Part shown: positions 38,300-51,424 of the stretch, in pieces | Layout: every line of letters starts with the position of its first letter | Position numbering within the stretch: position 1 is the first letter of the stretch | Source: Camelus ferus | Taxonomy: Eukaryota | DNA length: 64,000 nt | NCBI RefSeq assembly: GCF_009834535.1 | Contig: NC_045696.1 | Coordinates: 6,016,001-6,080,000, forward strand | Direction: 5' to 3' | The notes under the pieces: model-generated | What the model saw: the letters and a program-made list of their open reading frames with translations, nothing else | What the model was told of the DNA's origin: nothing | Databases searched by the model: none | Translations under genes and position numbers: made by a program

Positions 38300-40989
38300 T
38301 GATTCAATTTCATTAGTTATCAGTCTTTTTAGATTCTCTATTTCTTCCTGATTCAGTCTTGGAAGACTGTATGTTTCTAGGAATTTATTAATTTCTTCAT
38401 GGGCGTCCAATTTGTTGGCATGTAATTGTTCTTAGTATTCTTTTATGATTGTATTTCTGTGATACGCATTCTAATTTCTCTTCTTTTATATCTAATTTTA
38501 TTTATTTTGGCCCTCTTTCATTTTTTTCTTAATTATATAAGCCTTTCTCTGTCTTTTGTTACAGACTTTTTTTTAAGTCCATTTTGTCTGACAAGAGTAT
38601 TATTACTCCAGCTTTATTTTGGTTTCCATTTGTATGGAATGTTCTCTTTCCATCTCTTCACTTTCAGTCTGTATGTCTTTAGTTTTGAAGTGAGTCTTTC
38701 ATAGGCAGCATATAGATTGGCCTTTAAAAAAAATCCATTCAACCATCCTGTGTCTTTTGATTGGAGAATTTAGTTCATTTACACTTAACATTTAAAGTGA
38801 TTGTTGATAGATATGTATTTATTTCCATTTTGTTACTTGTTTTCTATTTGGTTTGTTTGTCTGCTTTGTAGTTCTTCTCTTTTGTCTTTTTTAGTTTCTT
38901 CCCTTGTAGTTTGACAATTTTCTTTTTAGTGTTATGTTTGGGTTCCTTTCTACTTCTTTTTTTATGTATTTATTGTAGGTTTTTGGTTTGCAGTTACCGT
39001 TCTAAAAGCTCTAAATTCTTGCTCCACCTCTGCAAAAAAGATATTTTACATCTTTTATGTGTATCCCTGAACTATTTATTGTAGTTATAATTGACTTTAT
39101 GAAATTGTTTTTTAATTTTCACACTAGCTTTTTAAGTGGTTGATCCACTGTCTTTATTATATATTAGCTTTTACCAGTGAGATTTTTGCTTTCATGTGTT
39201 TTCTTTATCTTGTTACGGACTTTCCTTTTTTGCTGAAGAAGACTCTTTAAAATTTCTTTTAAAATTGTTTTGGTGGCAATGAACTCTATTAGTTTTTGCT
39301 TTCCTGGGAAACTTTTTATGTCTCCTTCAATTCTGAATGATAACCTCACTGGGTAGAGTATCTTTGGTTGTACACTTTTCCTCCTCTTAGCACTTTAAAT
39401 ATATTTCACAACTCCTTTCTGGCCTGCATAGTTTCTGCTGAAAAATCAGCTGATAGCCTTATGGATGTCCCCTTGTATGTGACTCTGTTTTTCTTTTGCT
39501 ACCTTTAAAACTCTCTCTTCATCTTTAATTTTTGCCATTTTAATTACGATTTATTTTGGTGTGGATCTCTGGGTTTATCTTGCTGGGGACTCTCTCTGCT
39601 TCCTGGACCTGGATATCTATTTCCTTCCCCAGATAAGGAAAGTTTTCAAACATTATTTAATCAAGTACTTTTTCTGCTTCTTTCTCTTTCTCTGCTCTTT
39701 TGGGACCCCTACAATATGATGTTAGTATGGTTGATGTTTTTCCAGAGGTCCCTTAAGCTATCCTCATTTAAAACTGTGTTTTTTTTTTTTTTATGTTCTA
39801 ATTGGGTGATTTCCACTTTTCTGTCTTCCATGTCATTTATCTGCTCTTCTATATCATCTACTCTGCTGTTGATTCCCTCTAGTGTATTTTTCACTTCTGT
39901 TATTGTATTCTTTAGGTCTAAGAGTTTTTTTTTTTAAATATTTTCTATTTGTTGGAGTTCTCACTGTGTTTCTCTACTCTTTCCTGATTTAGTGAGCATT
40001 TTTATGACTGTTACTTTTAACTCTTGAAGTGAATTACTTATCTTAATTTCATTAGGGTTTTTTTTTTTTTTTCTGGGGTTTTATCTTGTTTTTTTGTTTG
40101 GAACATATGTCTCTGTCTTCTCATTTTGTTTGACTTTCCCTGTGTGTCTCTATGAAGTGAGGTGAAACAGTTACCTGATTCAGGTCTTGAAGGCGTGTCC
40201 TTGTGTGAGTGTGCATATATATAGCTGCATGACCCTAGTGGCTTTAGCTGGAGGGTTGAAGGTGAAGTGAGTGCCGGCTGGGGCTTTTCCTGGGGCAAGT
40301 TGGGATCAGCCATTTTGGTGGGAGCAGACTAGACCTGGGAGGGTGCCAGAGTTGTAGCCCAGCATGGGCCAGGGCTTCTCCTGGGGCATTAAAATGTTTC
40401 CACCAGTGTGTGCATGGAGGTCAGGAACTGAGCCAGTGTGGGCTGGGAGCTGTGCTGGAGCACTGATGGCAGGCCACCTAGAGCACCAGGCACTTTTCAA
40501 TCAGCTATCTCTGTGCTGAGACAGGGAGTAAGTTGTGCGCATCCTGTAAGAGTGGAATCTCAGTTTCCTACAGCCCCCCGATTCTCCCAGTCACAAGTCC
40601 TGCTGGCTTTCAAAGTCAATTAAGGGGGCTCATGTTCCTGGTGCTGGACCCCAGGGCTGGGAGGGCCTCTAACTTTGTGATAGCCTCTTCCTCTTTTGGG
40701 GTCACCTGCTGGGGTGTGGGTTCTGATGAGACTGTTTCTTTCCCCCTCCTACCTACCTCAGTGTGTGTGTGTGCACTTTCTTTATAGCCTTAGTTGTAGA
40801 AGAGCCGTTCTGTTGAACTTCAGGTTGTTTTCAGAGAGAGCAGGTCTATACATAGTTGTGTGTCCCAGTCCCAAGGGAGGTGAGCTCAGAATATTCCTAC
40901 TCTACCATCTTGATCCCACCTCCGCAATGATGCATCTTCTAAAGAGTAATATTTTACAACATGTATCCTGTTCTTACTAAAATTGCATT

Positions 40990-41572
40990 ATATTAGCTTT
41001 TTATTGCTGTCATAACAAATTCTCACAAAGTTAGGAGGTTAAACAAATATTTCTTTAACATCTCAAGGGTCTGTATGTTGGGAGTCTGAGTTTGCTTACC
41101 TGGTTTCTCTGTGTCAGTTCACAGAGCTGAAAGCAAGACGATCAGCTGGGCTCCCATTGGGATGCTCCAGGGAAAAGCTGGTTCCAACTTCATTCAGATC
41201 TTTAGCAGAATCCAGTTCCCTGCAGTTGTAGGACTGAGGTCCCATTTCCTTGTGGCTGTCAGCTGGGGACCGCCCTGAGCTCCTAGAGGCCTCTCTCTGC
41301 TCCTTAGACATCGTCCCTGCATCTCTGAGACAGGAAAAGCATATGACTCCTCCTCATTCTTCGAATCTCTCTGACTCACCATCTGCTTCATCTCTCTTCT
41401 GCTTTTAGTCAGAGAAAGTCCTCTACTTTCAAGGGCTCATGTGACTAGACGGGGTCCACCCAGATAACCCAGGACATTGGCAGAGTGTGTTTGCCATGTA
41501 ACACAACGAATTCACAAGTTCTTAGGATTAGGGCATGGGCACCTTGGGAAGGGTCATTATTCTGCCCCCACG
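40990..41572 (-). mobile_element. MLT1 (MaLR) LTR
   Basis: tattgctgtcataacaaat...gaatccagttccctgcagttgtaggactgagg...cattattctgccccca. Confidence 0.75.
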
Positions 41573-42070
41573 TTCACTGTGTGTGAAGTTGGGAACAAAG
41601 CACATAGGTTGCACAGCCAAGAGCAGCCACTGAGTCCTGGGAGACACTTTCTTGACTGGAATATGGTCCTTGCTAAAAAATATAGCTGGTTCCATCTCAC
41701 AATAATGAAAGCAGCATTATATGAAAATCTAGACGAGAGTTATTCAAAAGTATGTTAGTTTATGTAGACATTGTCTTCGTTTTATTGTCTTGTCCGAAAT
41801 CTTCAGTTTACAGAACACTGCCAATATCCATTTGCATTTTTGCATAAATCTGACTTTTCCATAAACTGTGATCTATTCATGTTCTTGGGAAAATGTCTGT
41901 TAAATGCTTAGTGAGGTAATCTTTTCCACACATTTCTGATACAGGAGCCATGGACAGTGCTGTCAGGGAAACAGGTGATGCTGGAAATAGGTTACTCTGA
42001 GGACAGTTCATAGATGAAGGTGCTGTTCAAACAGGTATGGGTGGAGCAGGACTGCAGGGCATAAGGCATC

Positions 42071-42525
42071 TGTGGGGTGGGCTGAGTAATGGCCCCCGTA
42101 ACAACACCCACTTCCTAACCCCCAAACCTGTGCGTAGGTTACCTGACATATGGCAAAAGGGACTTTGCAGATGTGCGAAGGATCTTGAAATGGGGAGATT
42201 TTCCTGAGCTATTCAGGTGGTTCTAAATGTGACCACAAGGGTCCCTGTAAGAGGGAGGCAGGAGAGTCAGTGATGCTGTGATGACAAATGCAGAGATCAG
42301 TGAGCCGGAGAGAGATGGGAAGATCACATGCTGCTGGATTTGACGATGAAGAAAGGGGCCACAAGCCAAGGAGTGTAGGAGCCTCCAGAAGGATCCAGCC
42401 CTGCCAACACCCTGACTTTAGCCCAGTGAGACTGATTTTGAGATTTTTGACCTCCGGATGTGTAAGGAACAAGTTCTCTAAGCCTCCCAGTTTGTGGTGA
42501 TGTGTTACAGCAGCTGCACTAAGCT
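42071..42525 (+). mobile_element. MLT1D-like MaLR LTR
   Basis: aatggcccc...ggcaaaagggactttgcagatgtg...aggggccacaagccaagga...tttgtggtgatgtgttacagcagc. Confidence 0.8.
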
Positions 42526-42869
42526 AGCCGTGGCATCACCTGGGCTGCCTGCTGTGGGCAAGTCAGCGCCCTGGGCCAGAGGGAACCGAGGGAAGAGCTG
42601 TTGGTGTAACCCCGAGGAAGAGTCGTGTAGAGTCAGCCCCTTAAGAGCAGAGTGTTTCTCAGCCCGTGGACAGAGCCAGCTCATGGCCACCTGGTCAAAT
42701 GCAGCAAGAGATCCAGTGACCTAGCCTCATCTTCCCACTTCCCTCCAGTCCCCTGCTGGGCTCCCCATTACTGAACCCAAAGGAAGCTGGAGGAGCGGGC
42801 ACCCAGCTGAGGTGGGTGCCCCACAGATCAGCAACGCAGGAGGAGAGAGAGTGGAAATGAAAATACCAT

Positions 42870-43675
42870 GAACTGTGTGTGAGGGGCTTGGAAATCATCA
42901 CTCTGCCCTGAGAACAAGTGAAAAGATGAACAAAATGAAAAATTACAACTCTTCTTAAATATGTCAGAGTAATGAGGTCACAGGGAAAATTGCTGCTCCC
43001 AAAATTGGAGAGACAGGCAGGCAGGCACAGAGAGTCACTACTTAACCAGCGTAGACTCTCAGGAGCAGAAATCTCCCTGGAAACCAACACTGGGGTAGGA
43101 AAACCTGATGGATGAATCACTGGTGGCTGAGTAGGGACAACTCTGAGGGTTAAACATCCAGGTGAATCCAATGGAATATTACTCAGCACTGAAAAAGAAA
43201 TGAGCTAGGAAGCCATGAAAAGATATGGAGGAAAATTAAAAACATACTACTGAGTGAAAAAGTCAGACTAAGAAAGTTACACCCTATATGAATCCAGTTA
43301 CATGGCATCCTGGAAAAGACAAAACTAAGGAAACAGTGAAAAGGTCAAGGTTGCCAGCATTTGGGGTGGGGGTGAACAGGCCGAACACAGATTTTTAGGA
43401 CACCAGAAATACTCTGTATGACACTGTCAAGATGGACACATGTCATTATGGTGTTTGTCAAAGCTCACAGAATGTCCAGCACCAAGAGTGAGCCCCAGTG
43501 TCTTGGGGACAGGAAAGGGTCATTGCAGGTTCAAATGTACCTCTCTGGTGGGGGGTGGTGACAGGGAGGTTTTGAGTGTGTAGGGACAGGGGATGTAAGG
43601 GGACTCTATGCACTTTCTACTCAGTTTTGCTATGCACCCAAAGTGCTCTAAAATTAAAGCTTATTCATTATTAAA
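42870..43675 (+). mobile_element. L1MC-like fragments (5' piece plus 3' end)
   Basis: aatggaatattactcagcact...actctgtatgacactg...caccaagagtgagccc...ctctaaaattaaag. Confidence 0.7.
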
Positions 43676-45189
43676 ATCGTAACCTTAGTGTCATGGGCCC
43701 TGAGAATTGAGTGGGGGGACCCGAGTTGTGACTCAGAGGAAGACGCACAACTTTTCAACACATTAGAGTCGAGTCCCCACTACAGTGACTCCCCGTCTCT
43801 GCTGCGCATCAGAATCGTGAGAGGATCTTGGAATAAATACAGGTGTCCTGGCCCCTCACGGGACAGCAACTCCCCGCGAGGGGCCCCGGGTGGGAGTTAC
43901 TGCCGCCTTGTCTTCCTACGAGCACTTTTTTACCTTGAGACTCAAGATCTAACTTCACCACAAAATGCTATTGAGTCTGAGTCCAACAGGTGAATCGTTT
44001 GTCTATAATTCCCGTGACTTTTGCATCACATGAACTTTGCATTAGAATGGGCTCTTGTGAAAGGGTTTTCAAGAACAGTCTCCTGAATCGACAGTAAACT
44101 GGAGGGGCCTTAACTGCAACCCTAGTGTACTTGGTGTTGTGTTTACCTGACACGTTACCTGGCTTTTGTTGAGACCTTTTCCAAACTAGAATAGCTTTTA
44201 ATTAGGAAGTTAAGACTGCAGAATCATCTTAACTAAAAATATGGTGTTGCCCTATTGGTTAAGTTGGCAAAAAAAAGTGGTGCTTTTTTGACTCCATTGG
44301 CTGCATTCAGATTTAAATTTAAATCATTTGATCACATTTTGCATGAGCTTATATATTTTGAGAAAATGTGGCAGTTCCTTTTGAAAGGTTTGAACTCAAG
44401 TGAGCCATTCATTTTGTGGCCATATAACTATTGTCGTAACTGGAACAATTTTATGAGTGAAGAGGGCAGCTGTCAGTTACATGCAGGCATAAATTAAGCA
44501 CCCCTGGAATTATCCAGGCTGCAGTGGGCGCTGCTCTTCCTTGCTGTACATGACCCAGGGCCAGGAGAAGGGGGACCAAGGTCAGGGGTCGGCTGCACCT
44601 TCATCCCACGCGTGCCAAGGTCTGGCTTCATTCTGGCCATGCTCAGGTCGTGGGATAAAGGGATGACTCCGGCTGCTGGGAGGAGACACAAGGGAAGAAG
44701 TATGGAGACGTGGGGCCCAAGTAGGATGGACGGTCACAGGAGTGACAGTGATCTAAGGCAGAGGGGTGGTTTGCACTGGAGGATGGTGGCTGAGACTGAG
44801 GGAAAACACAGGGAGTTTGGAAGAATCTTCTATGGACTCAGTGATGGAGTGGACGTAGTGGGTGAGGAACTAGGATCAGGTCAGAAGGGGTCCTCAGGTG
44901 TCTGGACTGAGCAAGAGAACAGACATGGGTTACCTCCTGACACAGGGGATTGTGGAGGTCTAAGAGGGTTGTCCACGCATGGCTCCCTCAAGGGCAACTG
45001 CCGATTGGAAGTTCATCGTGCTCTTCTGAAACGAGGTGTGTCCTCAGGGGACAGTGCACCTGTCTAAGTTATAGATCAGATCGGCCAGGTTGTCCATGCC
45101 TTCTGGTCTGTGCCTGGGCTCAAGCCAGAAATGCCATGGCCCCCTTTCTTTTCTCCCACACTCCTTCCCCACCGTCACCTAAAGATCTT

Positions 45190-45335
45190 TGCTCATCCAC
45201 TTCTCTACCCAACTTCAGCATTACCAGTGAGCAGTGCAGGACTCAGGAGGACCCAACACCTGATGAATCAGAATCTGCTTTGTGACAAGATCTCCAAGGG
45301 ATTCACAGGCCCCTCCAAGTGTGGAAAGCCCTGTA
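45190..45335. mobile_element. MER5A-like hAT fragment
   Basis: tgaatcagaatctgctttgtgacaagatctccaagggattc...aagtgtggaaagccctg. Confidence 0.55.
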
Positions 45336-47888
45336 GAGAACTCCTGCTGGTGCTTCAGTACTCAGCTCAGGGCCACCTCCCCCAGGGAGCCCTCCCTGAC
45401 CTCCCACCTCACCCGAGGTTGCTGCAGGCAGTCTGGGCGCCGGTGCAGAGCCAACAGTGAGTGTGTAGGCCTCCTTCACCGAGCACTCCTGGGCCCGGGT
45501 CCGTCTCTCCACAGCCCGCACACCCTGCTGGAGGAAACCTAGGGTTCACCTTGGTCTCCCCACGAGTAGCGCCCTCACAGCTCCACTCGGGTAGCCAGCG
45601 CCTCACACTTGGGAATCCTCCCCCTCCCCTCCAGCCCCTCCCGTACCTGCCCTTGGAGTCCCTGTGGTGGGACCCCCAGGGGTGAGACCACTGATCCCGA
45701 GGGCCGTCAGGGATGGCAGACACCTGGGGAGCCCAAGTGCTCGCCTGCTCAACCCTCTGTGCCCCAGAGACGCAGGCTTTCACGGGGTGTCATCTTGCTG
45801 AGTTTTTTTTTAGGATTCTCATGCAGAAGTTTTACTCATTTGCTTGTAGAGCAAACATACATGGCATTCTTAGAAAAAGTCTGAGTTGTTCTTCATTCCT
45901 CCCCTCTGACCCTCAACCAACAAAACGCAGCCCCATCTGTCCTCCTCCTCAGTCTTTGTGACAACCCCCCGGCGCAGCCCCCAGTGCTCCACGCAGACCC
46001 CTGTGAGCCCCCTTCCTCCAAACTCCCCCCTCCCCCCACCCCACCTTCCGCTCTCTCCCCGCCCACAGAGACCTGTGTAGGATACACATCACTCCGTGTC
46101 CTCGGCCTCCAGCCCTCTCCCCCAGGTCTGCACCCTCCCTGGTGTCCCTACCCTGCGCTAGAGAGATGTCTGTGCAGCGGGCCTGCTCCCCGTCCCCCTC
46201 TCCCCCTCCCCGTCCTCTTTGCCCCATTTCCCTGCCCAGAAACCCAGTTCTCAGGTCTCTATACTCCTGTCCTCTCTGCCTGGAGTATTCTGCCCCCTGA
46301 CTTTCCCAGGCCAACTCCTCTTCCCTTTTAAAATCTCAGCATAAATACCACCTCCTTGGTTTCGCACGTTGCGCGTCACCCACTGGAGCTGTCTGCAGGG
46401 CAGAGATTGCCATCCTTTGTCTCTTTTTCTTTATTCTCTGAACTCGTCCCTCCCCGGGTCCATGGGGAGGGGGCCACAGGCCTCACCTGGCTGCCTTTTT
46501 CCATCACTCCAACACCTATACGTTGTCAAAGGTCACAGACACTCCAAACATACTAAATAAGTGGATGTGAATGAAGGCAATAGACACACACACACATTGG
46601 ATCAAATAGGGTCAAGTGTGCTGGTCGTTCTCCAGGTTCTATGCGCCTTTTCTGGGCTGCTCTGCACCGGAGGCTGACTCCTGCCGGCCCTCCCCGGGCC
46701 CCCTGGGTGGCTGCCTTTTGCTCCAGCAGTAAAAGGAGGGACAGGACAGAGGCGGGGAAGGTTTCCCTGTCCCTCTGACGCCCCTCGCTGAGCTCAGATG
46801 CCGTCTTCGCCCCTCATCCTCCAGACCCAGCAGTGAGAAGAGCTTCCTTACTGCCGGCACCTCACAGCCCTCTTCCTCGGTCCCCCCGCATCCCTGGTGC
46901 AGCTCAGGTGACTGCCTGCATCTCAGCGCCCTCGGCTGCACCGTTTGGATGAAGGGTTTCTAGTTGGACCCTTACTGAATCATCAGGTACCTCTCATTTT
47001 CTGTCGATATGATCTATGAATCTTTTGTCTATATACAAATTATATACCAAAACAACACCATTTTTATTTTCAACATTTATTTAGTCACTTAAAAAAATGA
47101 AACTCTAACTTTACATTTTCAGCTACCCACAAAGCAACTGAATAGGCTGAGTATCTGTACTGTGGTTGGCGTGTGTGTGTCTGCCATCAAGAGAACACTT
47201 TTAAATTTTGACTTCATAAATTTTAGAAATGTAAAAAAAGAGAAAACTTTTTAACAAAATAACAACAGTTAAGAAAAAAAATTACAAAACAGAAAGACAC
47301 GGCTGCAAAATCTAAAGTACTCCAACCTGTGAGTTTAGGATTAATCTAATCCGATGAATTTAGGACTAAACTGTGAATTTAGGCGTACACTAACAAAGAT
47401 TACCTAGTTTGAACGTGGTGCTATTTTGTTAACATATTTGTTTTGTTTTTTTTTTTTGTTTTTACATTTTTTAAAATCAACAGAAGTTGACTAAGGTAAG
47501 TGTTAAATTACCTCCTCAGTTTTGTAAAACTAGCCATTGCATACAGAAATGGTCTTTATTGTGTTCAACTTTTCCATTCATGTCAGACTTAATGGATGCT
47601 TCAAGTCATCGTGGGCATTCAACTCAAATCAAAATAAAATACTTATTATGTGTCCATGAGAATTATACTATTGGGTCTACATTTAAATAACACTACCATA
47701 GAGTTTTCATGCTATTCTAATAAGAGTAATTGTGGCATCAATTTAGCAATAGTAGCTTAACTAAGGAAGGAACAAACGAAATCCCTTCAACAGAAATACA
47801 TGCAGATGGATATGAAAATTTGAGAAAATCTTATAAATTAAGTTTTATCTACTTAGAAAAGAACAATTAAGTTATAGTAGCTAAATAT

Positions 47889-50082
47889 AAAGAGAAAAAT
47901 CAAAATTACTTTCAAAAGAGAGCACACGTGCGGACGTTGTGCTGTGGTTGTGAGCGTCTGGACCGGCTGCTGTGAGCTGAGTCACACCTGCAGGTGACCG
48001 CAGGTCCCTGCTCCCTCACCGCGGTGCCCTCCTCCTTCCTGGGGGGCCTGATGGCCCAGGGCCCCCCCCCCCGACACTGCCAGGCCCCTGGGGGCTGCGG
48101 GCGGAGCAGCAGGAGCACCAGGGCCCCTAGGGGGGAGGCTGGACGTTGGATTCGACCTGCGCCAGCATCTGCCTGGTGCGGTCACTCTCCTGTCACAGCT
48201 CCTGGAGCTTTTTCTTGGTGGCCACCGCCGCCATCCAGCCTTCCCCAGCTCTTTTCTCTTGGAAGTGGATCTTCTTGAGGTGGTAGGAGGTGGTTCTCTC
48301 CAATTCCTCGCCTGCGTCTTGGGCCATCTTCTTGCAGAGGTCGCGCATCTGACGTGTGGAGTCCAGGTCTCTACACACGTGGGTGAGTTGCTTCTCAACT
48401 TGTAAGCAGCGAGCTTCCACCTGGGACAACTCTCTGTGAAGCTGCGTCACACAGTCGTCATAGGCGTCAGGCAGACTTTGAAGCTTCAGCTTCAGCTGCT
48501 CAATCTCACCATCGAGCCGGGAATTCTCACCCTTCACAGAGGCTTCTTCTGTTTGGAGACTTGTAACTTGTGCTGTAAGCTCTTGGATCATCTGCTTTTC
48601 TTCCCGCAGGCGCCTGGCTGTCCCCTGATGTTCCTCTTGGGGACGGGGAAGGGCACACTGCGGCCAGCATCACCAGTGACACCCTTCAGATCGCCCTCCA
48701 CCCCGGGGACAGGGCGATGGCCATCTTCTGCCCCCTCCTTCTGCTGGATGTCTGTGTGCCCGCCACCCGCGGGGCCCCCACGGAGGCGGGGCGAGGGGCT
48801 GGCCTTCAGCAGGTGGTCCGCGACGGATCTGAGTCGGCTGATTCTGCCTTGCAGGCCCTGCGCCTTTCCTGCCTTCGGCCGCTCCAGCCTCCCGCCCAGC
48901 TCCTCCTTTCCCTGGACTTGTCGCTCCCTTCTTCCAATTTCTGGGTGAAACCGCTCTGGACTCTCTGGAAAACCAACCCTCTTATTCAGATCATTCTTTT
49001 CTGTCTTCTGAGCTCGTTCTCCATTCTCCTCTGATGGCTTTAAGGTGTGTTTTCCGTCAGCGACTCGGGAGAGTTGAGGAGGCTGGCTCTTCAGTGCCTT
49101 TTCTATAAAGGCAACAGTGCCCTCAAACAATGTCCTTCTCAGGTTTTCTTTCAAGGCCCAAAAGCATAAGACTTTTAACAAGGGAGGACTGGCCTCCGGC
49201 CCAGGTGGCTTGAGGGCTTCGTGGGCCTGAGTCGTCGGGCCCGTAGTCTCTTCACATTTTCCACAGACTTCGTCTCGGGCTGAAGACGTTTTGCCAAGCG
49301 ACCTCCCCCTTCTTAAAGCGTACCGTCCACTTCCTGCCAGGACCAGCACCCCAGCACACACCAGGCTCTCCCAGCGAAGCACAGGCAGACCCGGGACGTG
49401 TGTCAGGCTTTCGTAAACAAGCAGCAGAGCGCCCCACAGGGGCTCCAGGATCAGCTGGAAAGTGGCCCCGCGGGCAGCCTGCAGGACCTCCATGGCGGCG
49501 AGGCCTCCGCAGCTCTGCCTCTGAGGACCAGCGTCCTGTGGGCCCAACTGCCCGCTCAGAACCCTGCGGTGTTCCGTCTCCAAGGTAAGCAAGCGCCTGC
49601 CCGCCAGGGCGGGCAGCTGGGCCGGGGGAGGGGAGGCCAGCCAGGTCCTGGTCCGCAGTTGTCCCTAACGTCGCTGGCAGTGGAAAGCGACCTCACTTAC
49701 CCAGGCCCTGGGGGAGGGGGGAGGGCTGAGCACAGCCTGGAGCTGGGCCACTCGAGGCCCGCCTGGCCCCACAGCAGACCTAGGGGGTCAAAGCAGGGCC
49801 AGGCCGGTCCCGTTCTGTGCCTAAGAGGAGGTCAGGGCAGAGTGGTGGGACCCTGTCCTGGTGAGAGCCAGGCTCCTGAGTTAAGGGTTCCCTCTGCTGC
49901 AGAGACAGCTGGTCCTGCCCCAGAGGTCCCGGGGATCCCCCTCCTCTGAGGCTCCTGCTCCTCTTACACGTGGTCACTGTGGGAAGACAGGGGTCTGGAC
50001 TGAAGGGTGACCCCAAACGTGTAACTGGGACCAGGAATCCATCCTCACAACTCAGGAGACTACACTGGAACTGGCTGGGTCT
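47889..50082. repeat. Direct duplication, high-identity core, copy B
   Basis: Matches 27412-29604. Confidence 0.95.
47982..49493 (-). pseudogene. cTAGE5/MIA2-family retrogene copy B, disrupted
   Basis: Near-identical to copy A, same Kozak ATG at 49493; 1-bp deletion in a G run (~48651), CGA>TGA at 48193-48195, 1-bp insertion at 48129. Confidence 0.85.
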
Positions 50083-50574
50083 TGTAATTCTTGGATTTTG
50101 TGCAGCCGTGTTCAATCCAAGTGTCCCTGTAAGGGGCTGTCTCTGCTCGGGGTGATTCAGTGACCTGGGCTCCTTCCCTCCTGTGTGGCTCATACCTCCC
50201 CAGGTGGCCCCTGAGCGGGTCTCCAATCAATTAGCACCCCCCACCCAGAGGTGGGCCCTGGGATGGGGACCAATACTCTGCTGCCTCAGGGTTCCATCTT
50301 TCATTTTGTTAAACCACATCTCTCACTCCTAACGTCTCTCTGGCAGACCCAGGCTCAGAACCTCCTTGTCTATCCCCGGGTGTCTACCATGACCTACTGG
50401 CCCCCAGTCCCTTATCCAAGAGGGAAGGGAGATAGCAGTCAGCTGAGGCCAGTGTCAGGGGTGGTCCTCTGGGTGCCAAGGCTCAGGCTGCAGGGACCCC
50501 ACAGAGGGAGAGGACAGAGGCTTGGTGGTAAGAGGAGGAGGCAGCTGTGACCTAATGTGAGAATAGCTTCCTTG

Positions 50575-51225
50575 TCCTTCTTATTTACATTTTACTATTT
50601 TAAGAGCAATTTTAGGTTTAAAGAAAAGCTGAGTAAGAAGTGCAGAGGGCTCGCGTGTGCCCCCTCGCCCCTCGCCACAACGCATCCTGCGCTGTTGGCG
50701 TGCTACGTGTGGTGCGGTTCTTGCAGCGGACGCTCCAGCTCTGGTGCGCCGTCATTAGCCGAGCCTGTACTTCATATTGGGGCTCACACTTCGTGTTGTA
50801 CATTCCGTGGGTTTTGACAAGCGCCTACTGCCATGTGTGCACCCCCACCTTCCTCGTACTCTTATTCCATCTGTGTCTTTAGGTGAAGGTGTTTTTTTTG
50901 TAGACAACCCATTGCTCGGTCTTGTTTTTTTATCCACTCAGTCTCTCTTTTCATTCATGTATTTAGATCATTGACATTTAAAATGATTATTGATATATTT
51001 GGATTACTAGCTACCATATTTATACTGTTTTCTTTTTGTTGCTCTTCTTCTGTTTGGTTTTTTTGTTTGTTTGTTTATCTTTGGCTTGTTTTCTGCTTTC
51101 TATAGTTTTAGGTAAGCAATATAAATATTTCTATTTTATCTTTTCTCCTAGCACATCAACCATACTTCAAAAATAAATCTTTTGCCGTTGCCCTTGAGTT
51201 TGTAGTGCACATGCACAACTGATCC
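50575..51225 (-). mobile_element. Old L1 (L1MC/MD) fragments
   Basis: tttaagagcaattttaggtttaaagaaaagctgag; catattggggctcacacttcgtgttgtacattcc. Confidence 0.65.
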
Positions 51226-51233
51226 AAGCTCAG

Positions 51234-51348
51234 TTTTGTTTGTTTGTTTATTTGTTTGTTTGTTTGTTTCAGTGGAGGTGCTGGGGATTGAACCTGGGAC
51301 ACTGTGCATGCTAAGCATGTGCTTTACCACTGAACTATGCCCTTCCTC
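51234..51348 (-). mobile_element. Vic-1-like SINE
   Basis: ggggattgaacctgggac...ctaagcatgtgctttaccactgaactat with a (TTTG)n tail. Confidence 0.85.
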
Positions 51349-51424
51349 CACCAACTTCACTTTTATGACTGGTGTTCTCAGGGTCCACTTCTGCTGATTT
51401 TAACTCATTTAGTGCTAAGAGTGG

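Larger units (their letters stand above)
34885..40925 (-). mobile_element. Near full-length decayed L1 (5' UTR, ORF1, internally deleted ORF2, 3' UTR)
   Basis: ORF1-like MKNTLEGINSRVDDIEEQINDMEDR and LSFRIEGDIKSFPGKQKL; ORF2-like [35 protein letters not shown]; many stops and frameshifts. Confidence 0.9.

Noticed and set aside
34885..40925. Potentially active L1
   Set aside because: ORFs fragmented, with internal deletions and nested insertions.
44310..44325. 16-bp perfect palindrome gatttaaatttaaatc
   Set aside because: Low-complexity AT sequence; no supporting context.
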